Origin: Mobula hypostoma
Taxonomy: Eukaryota
Assembly: GCF_963921235.1 (NCBI RefSeq)
Contig: NC_086097.1
Coordinates: 223,202,001 to 223,266,000, forward strand
Direction: 5' to 3'
DNA length: 64,000 bases
Below are positions 36,200 through 50,216 of the stretch, one piece after another. The notes beneath the pieces are model-generated. The model was not told the origin of the DNA, did not search any database, and saw only the letters and a list, made by a program, of their open reading frames with translations. Position numbers and translations under genes: made by a program. Within the stretch, counting starts at the first letter, position 1. Every line of letters begins with the position of its first letter.

Positions 36200-39180
36200 A
36201 TCAATGAATATGAAGAACATGCGGTGAGGAGTCCTCGAAGGCTAGTCCCATATGGTGTAGGTTCAGTGATGGTGTAGGTTCAGTGAAGTTGAGTGAAGTT
36301 ATCCCCTCTGGTAGAAGAACATGATGGTTGAGGGGTAATAACTGTTCCTGAAACTGGTGGTGTGGGTTCTGAGGCTCCTGTACCTTCTTCCTGATGGCAG
36401 CAGTGAGAATAGAGCATGGCCTGGATGGTGGGGGTCCTTGATGATGGATGCTGTTTTCCTGCAACAAAGCTCCATATAGATGTGCTCAGTGGTAGGGAGG
36501 ACTTTACCCATACTAGACTAGGCCATCTCCACTACTTTTTGTAGGCTTTTCTGTGCAAGGGCATTGGTGTTTCCACACCAGGCTGTGATGCAGCCAGTCA
36601 GTATATTCTCTACCACACATCTACAGAAATTTGTCAAAGTTTTACATGACATGCTGAATCTTCGCAAACTTTAAGAAAGCAGAGGTGCTGCCATGCTTTA
36701 TTCGTAATGGCAATTACATGCTGGTCCCAGGGCAGATCTTCTGAAATGATAACACCAAGGAATTTAAAGTTGCTGATCCTCTCCGCCGCTGATTCCCCCA
36801 ATGAGGACTGGCTCATGGATCTCCAGTTACCTCCTTCTGAAGTCAATAATCATTTCCTTTTTCTTGCTGATATTGTGCTGTGACACTACTCAGCCAGGTA
36901 ATCAATCTCGCTTCTAAATGCTTCTTCATCACCAGCTCTCTGATTTGGCCAATGACAGTGGTGCCATCGGCAAACATAAACATGGCATATATAAAAAAAA
37001 TGGCACTGGAGCTGTGTTTAGTCTCACAGTCATGAGATACAAAGTGAGTAAAGCAGAGTGCTAAGCACATAGTCTTGTGGTGCACCTGTGCTGAAGGAGA
37101 TTGTTGAGATGTTGTTGCCAAGCTGAAGTGACTGGGGTCTGCAAGTGAGGAAAATGAGGGTCCAGTTGCACAAGGAGGTACTGTGGTCTAAGACTTGAAG
37201 TTTATTGATTAGTTTTGAGCGGATGATGGTATTGCATGCCAAGCTGTGATGAATGAAGAGCATCCTGAGGTATGCATCTTCACTGTTTAAATGTTACAGG
37301 ATTGAGTGAAGAGCCAATGAAATGGCATTGTTGTGTTGACCTGTTGTGGCGGTATGCAAGTTGGTGTGGACTCAAGTCACGTCTCAGGCAGCAATTGATA
37401 TGTTTCATCACCAACCTCTCAAAGCATTTTATCACAGTGGATGTGACCTCTCAAAGCATTTCATCACAGTGGATGTGTGGTACTGGACGATAGTCATTGA
37501 TGTAGGTTACTATGTTCTTGCCAGCTTGAAACCGGTGGGTACCTCAGACTGCCAAAGAGAGAGGTTAAAGATATTGGTGAACACTTCAGCTAGTGATCAG
37601 CACAGGTCTTTAGTACTCGGCCAAGGACCCCATCTGAGCTTTCTGTCGGTTCACCATCTTGAAGGATGTTCTCAGGTCAGCTTCAGAGACTGAAATCTCT
37701 GGGTCATCGGGGGCTATGGGAGTTCGTGAAGGAGACTCCACGTTCTGATGGTCAAAAGTGCATAAAAGGCATTGAGCTGATCTGGGAGCAAAGCCTTGCT
37801 GTCACTTACTGTATGTCACTTGGTTTCACTTTGTAAAAGGTGACAGCATTCAAATTCTGCCACAGCTGTTGAGCATCCTTCAGTGATTCAAGTGTGGTCC
37901 AAAATTGTCATTTCGCAAGTGAGATGGCTCTCCAGAGATCGTGCCTGGACCTCTTGTATGTAATTTGCTCGCCAGACGTGAATGCTACAGATTTGGCACT
38001 CAGTGGTCTGTGGACCACATGGTTCATCCAGGGCTTCTGGTTAGGGAAGACTTTGAATGCTTTTGTGGGGACACACTCACCAAAAAATATTTTTACAAAG
38101 AAGTGACAACCATGGTGTATTCACTCCGAGCCTCTGCTGAGTCCTTGAATACAGGCCAGTCTATCAATTCGAAGCAATCCCATTGCTGCTCTTCAGCCTT
38201 CCATAACCACCTCTTTGCTGTCCTCATCTCTGGTCTTGGTCTTTAGCCTCTGCCTGTATGCAGATAGGACGAGGAGAGCGAAGTGATCAGATTTCCTGAA
38301 ATGTGTTTTAGGTATGGAACTGTAGGCATTCCTAATTGTAGTGTAACAGCGGTTGAGTGTGTTAGGACCCCTGGTGCTGCGGGTGATATATTGACGAAAA
38401 TTGGGCTGAGATTTCTTCAAACAAACCTGAATAAAGTCTCCGACTATGACTTGAAAGGTGTTGGGGTAAACTGTTTCTTGTTTGCTAATCATGGTATTCA
38501 ATACATAGAGTGTTTTTTTTTAACACCTGCCTTTGGAGGTATTTAAACGCCAATCAGGATCACGGAGAAGAACTAGTAAGCTAAGTAGAATGGTCAGCAC
38601 TTAATCATTCGACGTTCCAGGTCAGGGGGAGCAAGAGTGTGAGAAGACCACTATGTCCAAGCACCACAAAGAGTTTATCATGAAACACAGACCCACACCT
38701 TCTGCCTTGTCCAAAAACAGCAGCCTGATCCACCTGGTGTTTAAGGAAGCTCTTGGGTCTTACCAGCATGTCCGGAGTGAGCCATGTCTCCGTGAAACAC
38801 AGAACACAACACTTGCTCATTTCCTGCTAATATAGCAATCTTGCCCTTAGAACCTCAATCTTGTTCTCCAACGAATGTACATTTGCTAACAAGATCCTCT
38901 GTCAAGAAAGTTACATTCCTCAGCATTTCAGCCTGGCTTGGAGTCGTCCTATTCTCTCTTTCAGCCGTGGCGATGCACCTTCGTCTGCTTAAAGGTTCAG
39001 TACTTGCAAACTTGAGAGTTAAATGCACCGAGTCTTTTAGAAGATTGTGAAATCGCTAGTTCATTAAGGGAGTTCAAAAGTACGTTGCTTAAAGGGAAAT
39101 TACAGACTGCAGACTGCAGTAAGAGTAATTCAGAAGTATATTCAGAAGTTTAGTAAGCAGCCGCAACACATCGCCATGGT
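36200..39180 (-). mobile_element. Near full-length, decayed Rex1/Babar-like LINE
   Basis: APE pieces CCVLCFTETWL, IVGDF and FRKSDH. RT pieces TGAPQDYVLS and FADGTTVIG. C-terminal SIIKDPHHPGHALFSLLPSGRRY. Confidence 0.85.
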
Positions 39181-39360
39181 TCATCAGCGCCAACTTGGCT
39201 TTAGTAACTGTGGTATCAAAAATGTAAAAATGAGTCATCCCGCATCTCAGTATGACTATAACATTGATAAAGAGCATCTAAACATGCCTTTTTGAAACTA
39301 GCTTACGAGGATATTAAAATAAAAGGATTCATGAAAGATTATGCAGAACACTGAAATTAA

Positions 39361-39690
39361 GGGGGTGGCACGGAAGCGTAATGGTTAGCTTTACAGCACC
39401 AGCAATCATTGATCCAGTTTCAACACTGCTTGTAAGGAGTCTGTACATTCTCCCCACGACCGTGCAGCTTTCCTCCATGTCTTCTGCTTTCCTCCCTCAA
39501 TCCAAAGATGTACAGGTGAGTTGGGATTAGTGAGTTGTGGGCATGCTATAATGGTGCCAGAAGTGTGACTACTCTTATGGGCTGCCCCCAGTGCATTAGA
39601 GTTTGTTGGTCCTTGATGCAAACAGCAGATTTTACTGGATGTTTTGGTGTAGGTGTGACAAAAAAAAGCTTACCTTTCTTTCTTTAAAGT
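39361..39690 (+). mobile_element. V-SINE/HE1-like SINE
   Basis: GGTGGCACGGAAGCGTAATGGTTAGC head and GCTTTCCTCC...TTTCCTCCCTCAATCCAAAGATGT V-like domain. Confidence 0.7.
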
Positions 39691-40109
39691 TCAGTTAATA
39701 TAGTTAATATGAAGGTTGGTTACATTAGCATAGACACAAACACAGAAAACCTAGCCAGCAGATGTTTAGTATATCAGATTTGCAGAACACAACTGAAAAA
39801 CCAATACTGCAGGTGTAGAAGTGGCACCCAAGTCAATTACAGTAGTTCAATACAGATCATTGTGAAAAAGATCCCAATAGTTAATCCATGTATAGTGTTT
39901 ATCCTCTGAGCTTCATGTGAACCAGGAATTTCATTGCACCCTGGCGAACATGACAATAAACTAATCTAATTTAATTGGACATCGGACCACACACCACCTC
40001 CAAAGCACAATAAGGGAATTAAGATCTATCTTTGCCACACATGGTCTTAAACAAGGTGTATCAGACAATAGTCCACGGTTCAGATTGCTTCAGATTGAGC
40101 AATTTATAA

Positions 40110-40640
40110 GTCATAAGCCCATCGAGTCTACTTTGCCATTCCATTGTGGCTGACTTATCCCCCTCAACCCCATTCTCCTGCCTTCTCCCTGTAATCTTTG
40201 ACGCCCTGACCAATCAAGAACTTATCAACTTCTGTTTTAAATATAACCGATGACTTGGCCTCCACAGCTGTCTGTGGCAATGAATTCAGGATCAGAATCA
40301 GAAGCAGCTTTATTATCACCAGCACATGGCGTGAAATTTCCACAGATTTGCATTCTCTGATTTAAGAAATTCTTCCTCATCTGTTCTAAAGAGACGTTCT
40401 TCTATTTCGAGGCGGTGCCCTCTGGTACTAGACTCCCCCACTGTAGGAAGCACTCTCCCATCATCCACTCCATCTACACCTTTCAGTATTTGATAAGTTT
40501 CAATGGGATTCCCCGTCAGTCTTCTGAACACCAGCAAGTACAGGGCCAGTGTCATCAGATGTTCTGCATACATCAATTCTTTCAGTCCTGGGATTATTCT
40601 TGTGAATCTCTTCTGGGCCCTCTCCAATGACAGCACATCC
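40110..40640 (-). mobile_element. CR1 LINE 3' fragment with a small nested (CTGATT)n tail at about 40285-40335
   Basis: ORF LERAQKRFTRIIPGL...IETYQILKG. Confidence 0.8.
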
Positions 40641-40644
40641 TTTC

Positions 40645-41470
40645 TTCAATAAGGGGCCCAAAAGAAAGGGCAAAGATATGGCAGATGGAATACAGTGTTG
40701 GGAAGTGCACGGTTATGACTTTGGCAGAAGAAATTAAAGGGGTGACTATTTTCTAAAAAAAGAAAAAATACAAAAAACTGAGGTTGAAAGGGACTTGGGA
40801 GTCCTTGTGCAGGATTCCCTAAAGGCTAATTTGCAGGTTGAGTCTGTGGTGAGGAAGGTAAATGCAATGTTAGCATTCATTTCAAGAGGACTAGCATATA
40901 AAAGCAAGGATATAACGTTGAGACTTTATAAAGCACCAGTGAGCCCTCACACTGTACTATTTTGAACAGTTTTGGGCCCCTGATCTTAGAAAGGATGTGC
41001 TGAAACTGGAGAGGGTTCAACGGAGGTTCACAAAAATTATTCCAGGATTGTATGGCTTGTCATATGAAGATTGTTTGATCATTCTGGGCCTGGATTCACT
41101 GAAATTTAGACGAATGAGGGGTGACCTCACCAAAACCTATCAAATAGAGTGGATGCGGAGAGGATGTTTTCTATGGTGGGCGAGTCCAGGATCAGAGGAC
41201 ACAGCCTCAGAATGGAGGACTGTGCTTTTAGAACGGAGATGAGAAAGAATTTCTTTAGCTAGAGAGTGGTGAATCCGTGTAATTCTTTGCCACAGGCAGC
41301 TGTGGACACCAAACCTTAATGTATATTTAAGGCAAAGATTGATAGGTTTGTGATTGGTCAGGGCATGAGATTGGGGTTGAGAGGAAAAATTGGATCTGCC
41401 ATGATGAAATGGTGGATCAGACTTGATGGGTCAAATGGCCTAATTCTGCTCCTATCTCTTATGGTCTTAA
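40645..41470 (+). mobile_element. CR1 LINE 3' fragment
   Basis: LERVQRRFTKIIPGL...RRMRGDL; tail TCTTATGGTCTTA. Confidence 0.85.
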
Positions 41471-41849
41471 AATTGCTCACAATACTCCGAATGCAGTCTG
41501 TCCAATGCCTTATCAAACCTCAGCATTACAAGCTCGTTTTTATATTCTGGTCCTCTTGAAATGAATGTTAACATTGCATTCATAATGGATTAAAACCTAA
41601 TATCACTTGTTCTTACCAGCCAGATTCAAATAGGAGACACTGTTCACACAGTTCAGGAGATATCAAAGCAACAATCTATGCAATTAATCCACTAATTCAC
41701 TATTAAACACAGACAAAGTTATTGAACACCACGACTCTGCACAGTAACAGTCTCCTGTTGTATAGAAGACACAGAACATACCTGAGTTTTGTTCGGTCCA
41801 ATATACAAAGAAACTGGGAGGAATGGCCATGAAACAAAGCAAGCAGATG

Positions 41850-44800
41850 AAACACATAGAAACATAGAAAACCTACAGCACAATACAGACCCTTCGGCCC
41901 ACAACGCTGTGCTGAACATGTACTTACTTTAGAAATTACATAGGGTTACCCATAGCCCTCTATTTTTCTAAGCTCCATGTACCTATCAAAAGTCTCTTAA
42001 AATACCCTATCATATCTGCTTCCACCATTGTCGCCGGCAGCCCATTCCACACACTCACCACTCTCTATGTGCAATGGCAGGCATTTAAAGGTTGCATGGA
42101 TGAACTACAACAATTGTTCATCCCAGTTTGGCAAAAGAATAAATCAAGGAAGGTAGTGCACCCGTGGCTGACAAGAGAAATTAGGGATAGTATCAATTCC
42201 AAAGAAGTAGCATACAAATTAGCCAGAGAAAGTGGCTCACCTGAGGACTGGGAGAAATTCAGAGTTCAGCAGAGGAGGACAAAGGGCTTAATTAGGAAGG
42301 GGAAAAAAGATTATGAGAGAAAACTGGCAGAGAACATAAAAACGGACTGTAAAAGCTTTTATAGATATGTAAAAAGGAAAAGACTGATAAAGACAAATGT
42401 AGGTCCCCTGCAAACAGAAACAGGTGAATTGATTATGGGGAGCAAGGACATGGCAGACCAATTGAATAATTACTTTGGTTCTGTCTTCACTAAGGAGGAC
42501 ATAAATAATCTTCCAGAAATAGTAAGGGACAGAGGGTCCAGTGAGATGGAGGAACTGAGCGAAATACATGTTAGTAGGGAAGTGGTGTTAGGTAAATTGA
42601 AGGGATTGAAGGCAGATAAATCCCCAGGGCCAGATGGTCTGCATCCCAGAGTGCTTAAGGAAGTGGCCCAAGAAATAGTGGATGCATTAGTGATAATTTT
42701 TCAAAACTCGTTAGATTCTGGACTAGTTCCTGAGGATTGGAGGGTGGCTAATGTAACCCCACTTTTTAAAAAAGGAGGGAGAGAGAAACCGGGGAATTAT
42801 AGGCCGGTTAGCCTAACGTCGGTGGTGGGGAAACTGCTGGAGTCAGTTATCAAGGATGTGATAACAGCACATTTGGAAAGCGGTGAAATGATCGGACAAA
42901 GTCAGCATGGATTTGTGAAAGGAAAATCATGTCTGACGAATCTCATAGAATTTTTTGAGGATGTAACTAGTAGAGTGGATAGGGGAGAACCAGTGGATGT
43001 GGTATATTTGGATTTTCAAAAGGCTTTTGACAAGGTCCCACATAGGAGATTAGTGTGCAAACTTAAAGCACACGGTATTGGGGGTAAGGTATTGGTGTGG
43101 GTGGAGAATTGGTTAGCAGACAGGAAGCAAAGAGTGGGAATAAACGGGACCTTTTCAGAATGGCAGGCGGTGACTAGTGGGGTACCGCAAGGCTCAGTGC
43201 TGGGACCCCAGTTGTTTACAATATATATTAATGACTTGGATGAGGGAATTAAATGCAGCATCTCCAAGTTTGCGGATGACACGAAGCTGGGTGGCAGTGT
43301 TAGCAGTGAGGAGGATGCTAAGAGGATGCAGGGTGACTTGGATAGGTTGGGTGAGTGGGCAAACTCATGGCAGATGCAATTTAATGTGGATAAATGTGAA
43401 GTTATCCACTTTGGTGGCAAAAATAGGAAAACAGATTATTATCTGAATGGTGGCCGATTAGGAAAAGGGGAGGTGCAACGAGACCTGGGTGTCATTATAC
43501 ACCAGTCATTGAAAGTGGGCATGCAGGTACAGCAGGCGGTGAAAAAGGCGAACGGTATGCTGGCATTTATAGCGAGAGGATTCGAGTACAGGAGCAGGGA
43601 GGTACTACTGCAGTTGTACAAGGCCTTGGTGAGACCACACCTGGAGTATTGTGTGCAGTTTTGGTCCCCTAATCTGAGGAAAGACATCTTTGCCATAGAG
43701 GGAGTACAAAGAAGGTTCACCAGATTGATTCCTGGGATGGCAGGTCTTTCATATGAAGAAAGACTGGATGAACTGGGCTTGTACTCGTTGGAATTTAGAA
43801 GATTGAGGGGGGATCTGATTGAAACGTATAAGATCCTAAAGGGATTGGACAGGCTAGATGCAGGAAGATTGTTCCCGATGTTGGGGAGGTCTAGAACGAG
43901 GGGTCACAGTTTGAGGATAGAGGGGAAGCCTTTTAGGACCGAGGTTAGGAAAAACTTCTTCACACAGAGAGTGGTGAATCTGTGGAATTCTCTGCCACAG
44001 CAAACTGTTGAGGCCAGTTCATTAGCTATGTTTAAAAGGAAGTTAGATATGGCCCTTGTGGCTACAGGGGTCAGGGGGTATGGAGGGAAGGCTGGGTTCT
44101 GAGTTGGATGATCAGCCATGATCATAATAAATGGCGGTGCAGGCTCGAAGGGCCGAATGGCCTACTCCTGCACCTATTTTCTATGTTTCTATGTTTCTAT
44201 GTTTCTATGTAAAAAACTTACCCCTGACATCTCCTCTGTAGCTCCTTCCAAGCACCTTAAAACTGTGCCCTCTCATGTCAGCCATTTCAGTCCTGGGAAA
44301 AAGACTCTGACTATTCACACAATCAATGCCTCTCATCATCTTATACAACTCTATCAGGTCATCCCTCATCCTCCATCACTCCGAGAAAAGCCTAAGCTCA
44401 CTCAATCTAATAAGGCATAATACTCTCATAAGGCATGCTCACCAATCCAGGCACCATCCTTGTAAATCTCCTCTGCACCCTTTCAATAGCTTCTACATCC
44501 TTCCTGTAGTGAGGTGACCAGAATTGAGCACAATACTCAAAACGGGGTCTGACCAGGGTCCTATATAGCTGTAACATTACCTCTCGGCTCTGAAACTCAA
44601 TCCCACGGCTGATGAAAGCCAATGCACTGTATGCCTTCTTAACCACAGAGTCAACCTGCGCAGCAGCTTTGAGTGTCCTATGGACTCGGACCCCAAGATC
44701 CCTCTGATGCTCCACACTGCCAAGAGTCTTACCATTAATACTATATTCTGCCATCATATTTGATCTACCAAAATGAACGACCTCACAATTATCTGGGTTG

Positions 44801-46040
44801 AACTCCATCTGCCACTTCTCAGCCCAGTTTTGCATCCTAACGATGTCCTGCTGTAACCTCTGACAGCCCTCCACACTATCCACAACACCCCCAACCATTG
44901 AGTCATCAGCAAATTTACTAACCCATCCCTCCACTTCTTAATCCAGGTCATTTATGAAAATCAAAGAGAAGGGGTCCCAGAACAGATCCCTGAGGCACAC
45001 CACTGGTCACCGACCTCCATGCAGAATATGACCCGTCTACAACCACTCTTTGCCTTCTGTGGGCAAGCCAATTCTGGATCCACAAAGCAAGGTCCCCTTG
45101 GATCCCATGCTCCTTACTTTCTCAATAAGCCTTGCATGGGGTACCTTATCAAATGCCTTGCTGAAATCCATATACACTACATCTACTGCTCTACCTTCAT
45201 CAATGTGTTTAGGCACATCTTCTGAAAATACAGTCAGGCTCGTAAGACACAACCTGCCTTTGACAAAGCCATGCTGACTACTCCTAATCATGTTATGCCT
45301 CTCCAAATGTTCATAAATCCTGCCTCCCAGGATCTTCTCCATCAACTTACCAATCACTGAAGTAAGACTCACTGGTTTATAATTTCCTAGGCTATCTCTA
45401 CTCCCTTTCTTGAATAAGGGAACAATATCTGCAACCCTCCAATCCTCCAGAACCTCTCCCGTCCCCATTGATGATGTAAAGATCATTGCCAGAGTATCAG
45501 CAATCTCCTTCTTGCCTCCCACAGTAGGCTGGGGAATATCTCGTCCGGTCCTGGAGATTTATCTAACTTGATGCTTTCCAAAAGCTCCAGCACATCCTCT
45601 TTTTTAATGTTTATATGCTCAAACTTTTCAATCTGCTGTAATTCATCCCTACAATAGCCAAAGTCCTTTTCCGTAGTACATACTGAAGCAAAGTATTCAT
45701 TAAGTACTTCCGTTACCACCTCGGTTCCATACACACTTCCCCACTGTCACACTTTATTGGTCCTATTCTTTCACGTCTTATCCTCTTGCTCTTCACATAC
45801 TTGTAGAATGCATTGGGGTTTTCTTTAATCCTGCTCGCTAAGGCCTTTTCATGGCCCCTTCTGGCTCTCCTACTTTCAATGTTAAACTCATTCCAGCTAG
45901 CCTTATATCTATCATTACCTATTTTTTTGAACATTTCGTAAGCTTTTCTTTTCTTCATGACTAGATTTTCAACAGCCTTTGTACACGACGGTTCCTGTCC
46001 CCTCCCATCCTTTCCCTGCCTCATTGGAATGCACCTGCCA
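41850..46040 (-). mobile_element. CR1 LINE (host), split by a younger CR1 at 42071-44210
   Basis: ORFs 44407-45734 carry KFADDSMVGG, VYMDFSKAFDKVPH and KSPGPDEI. The tail (GAAACATA)n on + is at about 41848-41870. Confidence 0.9.
42071..44210 (+). mobile_element. Young 5'-truncated CR1 LINE with an uninterrupted RT ORF
   Basis: 677-aa open ORF ([39 protein letters not shown]), 3' GGCCGAATGGCC stem-loop and a (TTTCTATG)4 tail. Confidence 0.96.
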
Positions 46041-46520
46041 GAATAAAAAGGAGGGAGGAGGAGAGGATGATAGCTAGACAGTGATAGGTGAAACCAGGTG
46101 GGTGGGAAAGGTAAAGGGCTGGAGAGAAAGGAATTTGATAAGAGGGGAGAGTGCACCATAGGAGAAATGGGAGGTGGGGGGGTATCCAGGGGGAGGTGAT
46201 AGGCAGATGAAAAGATGCAAGGGGTCAGAATTGGAATAAAAGAAGAGGGAGGGGATGTCCCTCTGGATCCCCTCCTCCTTCCCTTTCTCCTATGGTCCAC
46301 CCTCCTGTCCTATCAGACTTCATCTTCTAGCTATCCTCCTTCCTCTCTCCCACCTTTTTATTCTGTTGCCTTCCACCTTTCTTTCCAGTCCTGAAGAAGA
46401 GCTTCAGCCCAAAGTTAACTGCTAATTCATTTCCATAGGTGCTGCCTGACTTGCTGAGCTCCTCCAGCATTTTGTATGTGTTGCTTTAGATTTCCAGCAT
46501 CTGCAGAATTTCTCGTGTTT
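46038..46520. mobile_element. Penelope-like terminal region in inverted arrangement, with a decayed hammerhead motif
   Basis: Purine-rich 46038-46255 is mirrored by pyrimidine-rich 46258-46385. CAGTC-CTGAAGA...GCCC-AAAG..AACTG follows at 46386-46421, then the GAGCTCCTCCAGCATTTTG arm. Confidence 0.7.
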
Positions 46521-46689
46521 ACGACATTCTAACGATATCTGGTAAGTATGCAAACTGAACACAAAGCACATTAGTACTACTGAGATCTTCACACATCAAA
46601 AATACTTTGAGTTGGTTAAATTAACAAATATTTAATTGATTTACATGCTTTATAAGAGAAAAGGAAATAGTGGAGGAATTGGTAAAGAG

Positions 46690-48300
46690 AAATTGCTTAA
46701 AACACTCATGGAAGTCAAGTTAGGCAGCATCCACAGAAAGAGAACAGTTAACCTTTCAGGTATGGGACCTTGTGGCAGAACTGAGGAAAACAGCAAAACA
46801 AGTCAGTTTTCAATGGCAGAGTAGGTGGAGGTATGATGGGCAGAACAAAGGTAATATCCCTGAAAGGATGAATACGAACAGGTTAATGGGTGAAGTTACA
46901 AAGACATTATGATTCTTTGTCAGTGTGGTGTGTTGCTAATAATGAGGTTGTGGGACATGGCCAACAGGCTAGTCTATACACAAAACAAAACAACCAAACC
47001 AATTAATTGGTCACAATAGGTGTAATTAGGCAGTGCGGTCTTGTTGGGCCTGTTTCCATGAAGTATCGCAAAATACACAAAATAAAATAAACTGATGATA
47101 GGCACCATTTCTGATACAGACAGGAAAACAAAAGCGTGATAATGTTGGAGAGTTCGGTATTGAGCTCAGAAAACTGCAGCATGCCCAGATAGATGAGATA
47201 TCATCCCTCAAGCCTGCATAGGGCTTCAGTATAGTTGTGTAAGAGGCCACAGATAGAAAGATTAGATTGGAGGAGGATGGTTAATTAAAGTGGCCAGCAA
47301 CTGGATGCTCAGCATTACTTGTATGGATAGCACACAGGCGCTTCGCAAAATGATCACCCAGTCTGCATTTGGTTTCCTTAGTGTAGAGGAGGCCACATTG
47401 TGACTATGAGTGCAGTCGACGAGCTTGGAAAGCTGCAGGTGAGTTGCTGCTTCACCTGGAAAGTCTGTTCCAGTCCTTGGATGATAGGAAGAAGTGCAAC
47501 GACAGACATTGCAACTCATGCTGCTGCGTGGGAGCGTTCCACAGAGAAAAGTCGGTGGAGACAGAAGAATAGACCTGGGAGTCGGGAAGGGAGAAATGTG
47601 CTAATTACTTGGCACACCATCATAATGCTAAGGTGGGACCTTGATGGATCTAGCAAAACTTTCAAATGATGATCTGGCAAATAAGGTTCAGACAAGGGGT
47701 GAGATGAAGAGTATGGGAAATAAACGAGATACAGTTCAGGGATATATCTATTAGGGCAGTGGGGAAGCCATGGTTCAGGATGAAAAAATACATTTCAAAG
47801 GTAGTGTCTCATTGTCAGAGAAAATGCAATGAAAACAGAGAAACTAGGAATGGAATCCTTACAGGATTAAGTAGCTATGGGAGTCTGTGGGCTTGTAATA
47901 GATGCTTGTGGCCAGCTTATTCTCTGAGATCCAGAAAGGGAAGGGTTAGAGACAGACCCTGTTGAGGTGAGAGCAAGTAAAAGGAATAAACTTTTCAAAT
48001 TTTGTATAAATGCATGAAGTGAAAATAATGCAGTCGTCACTGTATTGAAAAAAAAATGTTGATGGAGTGGTCCCCAATTACAATCAAAACATGTAACCCA
48101 CAAAAAGATAGGCACAGCTTTAGCCCATGTAACTAACATATAACATGTAACCTTCAAATTGGAGAAATGAGTTCAAGAAGTAATTCAATGTTAGGTCAAG
48201 TTCAGCCAGGTGAATGAATGTGTTGGAGGAGGGGAACTGGCTAGGTCTCTGCTCAAGGATAAAGTGAGGGCATTTATACCCTACTAATGTGGAATGTAGT
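46690..48300 (-). mobile_element. Old Penelope-like remnant
   Basis: The minus strand near 47335-47400 encodes QCGLLYTKETKCRLGDHFAKRL, a decayed GIY-YIG segment homologous to 5790-5900. Confidence 0.55.
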
Positions 48301-50216
48301 GGGTAAGTCAATATGTGTTAACATATCTTATGATATATTAAGTAATATGTGCAATACCGTATGCAAGTGCAGTCCAAAGAGAGTCTTTGAATAAGCTACA
48401 AACACATTGTTTGACGTCTTCATGTCTCACAGGCATAAGTCTGTACAGGCTGCAATGGACTTCATTAAAGGTTATGGGTTCTCTGAGTACATATACTTTA
48501 CACTAATCAAATACCTTATGATCTGACAAAATGAAGTTGCTAAGGAACATTGTTATGCATTATAAAATAGATGCGGTCACAAGTGGCTTGTTACACGCCT
48601 GCTATACATTAAAATTGTGAATGATGTCATTTCTAATGACATTACACAGTGCCTGGAGGACAAGTAACACTGAGTGTCAGGACATGTATTTATCAAGATT
48701 GAGTATTGACTGGGAAGGTGGTTTGCCAATAGCTGCAAATTTGAAAAGAGACCCCATATTTAAATTGGAAACTGGCTGGCCTATATGACACTTTGTACAG
48801 AATGCCTTTTGTATAATTTTCCCAACTCAGTCCATTGACCTACAAAGACTTGGGGACTGTATTTGACCTGATATCATTTGAAAGACACAGTGCCCCAGGA
48901 TTTTATTGTCAACAGTTAACAAGGCCTGCTCATTGCTGACTTCTGAGATACATTTAAACTGCTACTGGAACAATTCTCCCAGTGCTGACATCTGCTGCCA
49001 GCTGGGATGGACCTTTCATTGCGACCCACAAAATATTTTGACAGCTGGCTAAGCCACACCTCCTGACAAGCTGGCTGTCAAAGCTGTCAAACACTACTTT
49101 TGGCAGTAACATACTGAGAAAACCGTCCCTTATTTTTAAAGTGCAAATTTGGCAACCCTACCAGCGGGGCATGACTATGGCTCAATACGTCATGCCGAGC
49201 CAGACAGCAAGAGCATTGGTAACACTGGAACGTGGGAGCAATACTCATAGATGAGCAACCGATGGGGAGAAGACTGGTGACTTTACTGTGCATGAATAGT
49301 AATTAGTCCCAATAGGTAAATGTGTAACTAGGGTTCATACATTAAACATTCTCACTATGTGTAGGAAGCTAAATTTGCCATATTTTTGGGATCTAAGGAG
49401 TCCTAAATTTACACTGCAAATTTCCAACACATTGAGTACATGCAAAAAGACCACTATCAGGCTGAGAGAAATCAATAGTTGTGCTGTATCGCTGGGAGGA
49501 ATTCTCTAATACCTCATGTCCAGGCATAGAATCCTGTACTTACACTTCAACAAATGGTCCACAGAAGATACAACCAAGACACCTTCCCTATGCTTTCTTC
49601 CACAGCATTTTACGGATAGTGGGTGCACTGGTACACGCCTGCATGGTACATGGTCCACTTTTTCTTTTTTTTTAATTTTATTTTTATTTGGATAAGGAGT
49701 TCACAATTATCATGTACTTTTTTCACACATATAACCTTTTCCATTTTTTTACATGTATAAAACTACAATTATTTATACATTCTTAAGTACACATTGAGAT
49801 GATATAAAAGCAAAATAAACATTTAAATAGATAATTATGTACTGTGGTAAATCTAACCTATTAGGCTAAGTAATGAAATTAGTTGTTAAGAAAAATGGTG
49901 ATAATAGTTTCCATACAACCCTTCTGGACCATTTCCACTGGTCCAAAATGTTGCATACAAGCCTATATACCAACCATTGTAGGTGTTTATATCCCAATTT
50001 GTTCGTGCTTGTTCCTGCCCGCAGACATAATTATCCAATCCCTATGTACTTATTTACTTAATTTTTTCTTTTTTTTTATCCCTTTCCCAAATCTTTCCCT
50101 TTACTTGTGTTAATTCTCTATTTTCCAAAAAAAAACAACAAACATTTAGACTAAGGGTGCTTACGTTAGCAATATTACTGTGTTGATGAGAAGAGCAATA
50201 TAAATCATTAGGAGAG

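Noticed and set aside
37415..37478. 32-bp direct tandem duplication
   Set aside because: A local slippage duplication inside a decayed LINE; two units with no spacer, so not CRISPR-like.
43016..43720. Antisense ORFs over the CR1 RT (also 60207-60812, 61712-62368, 62872-63360)
   Set aside because: These are shadow frames of the LINE coding sequence. They recur only because the copies are near-identical.
45713..46300. 195-aa ORF with a Pro/Ser-rich N-terminus
   Set aside because: A chimera of low-complexity Penelope terminal sequence and a CR1 ORF2 fragment.
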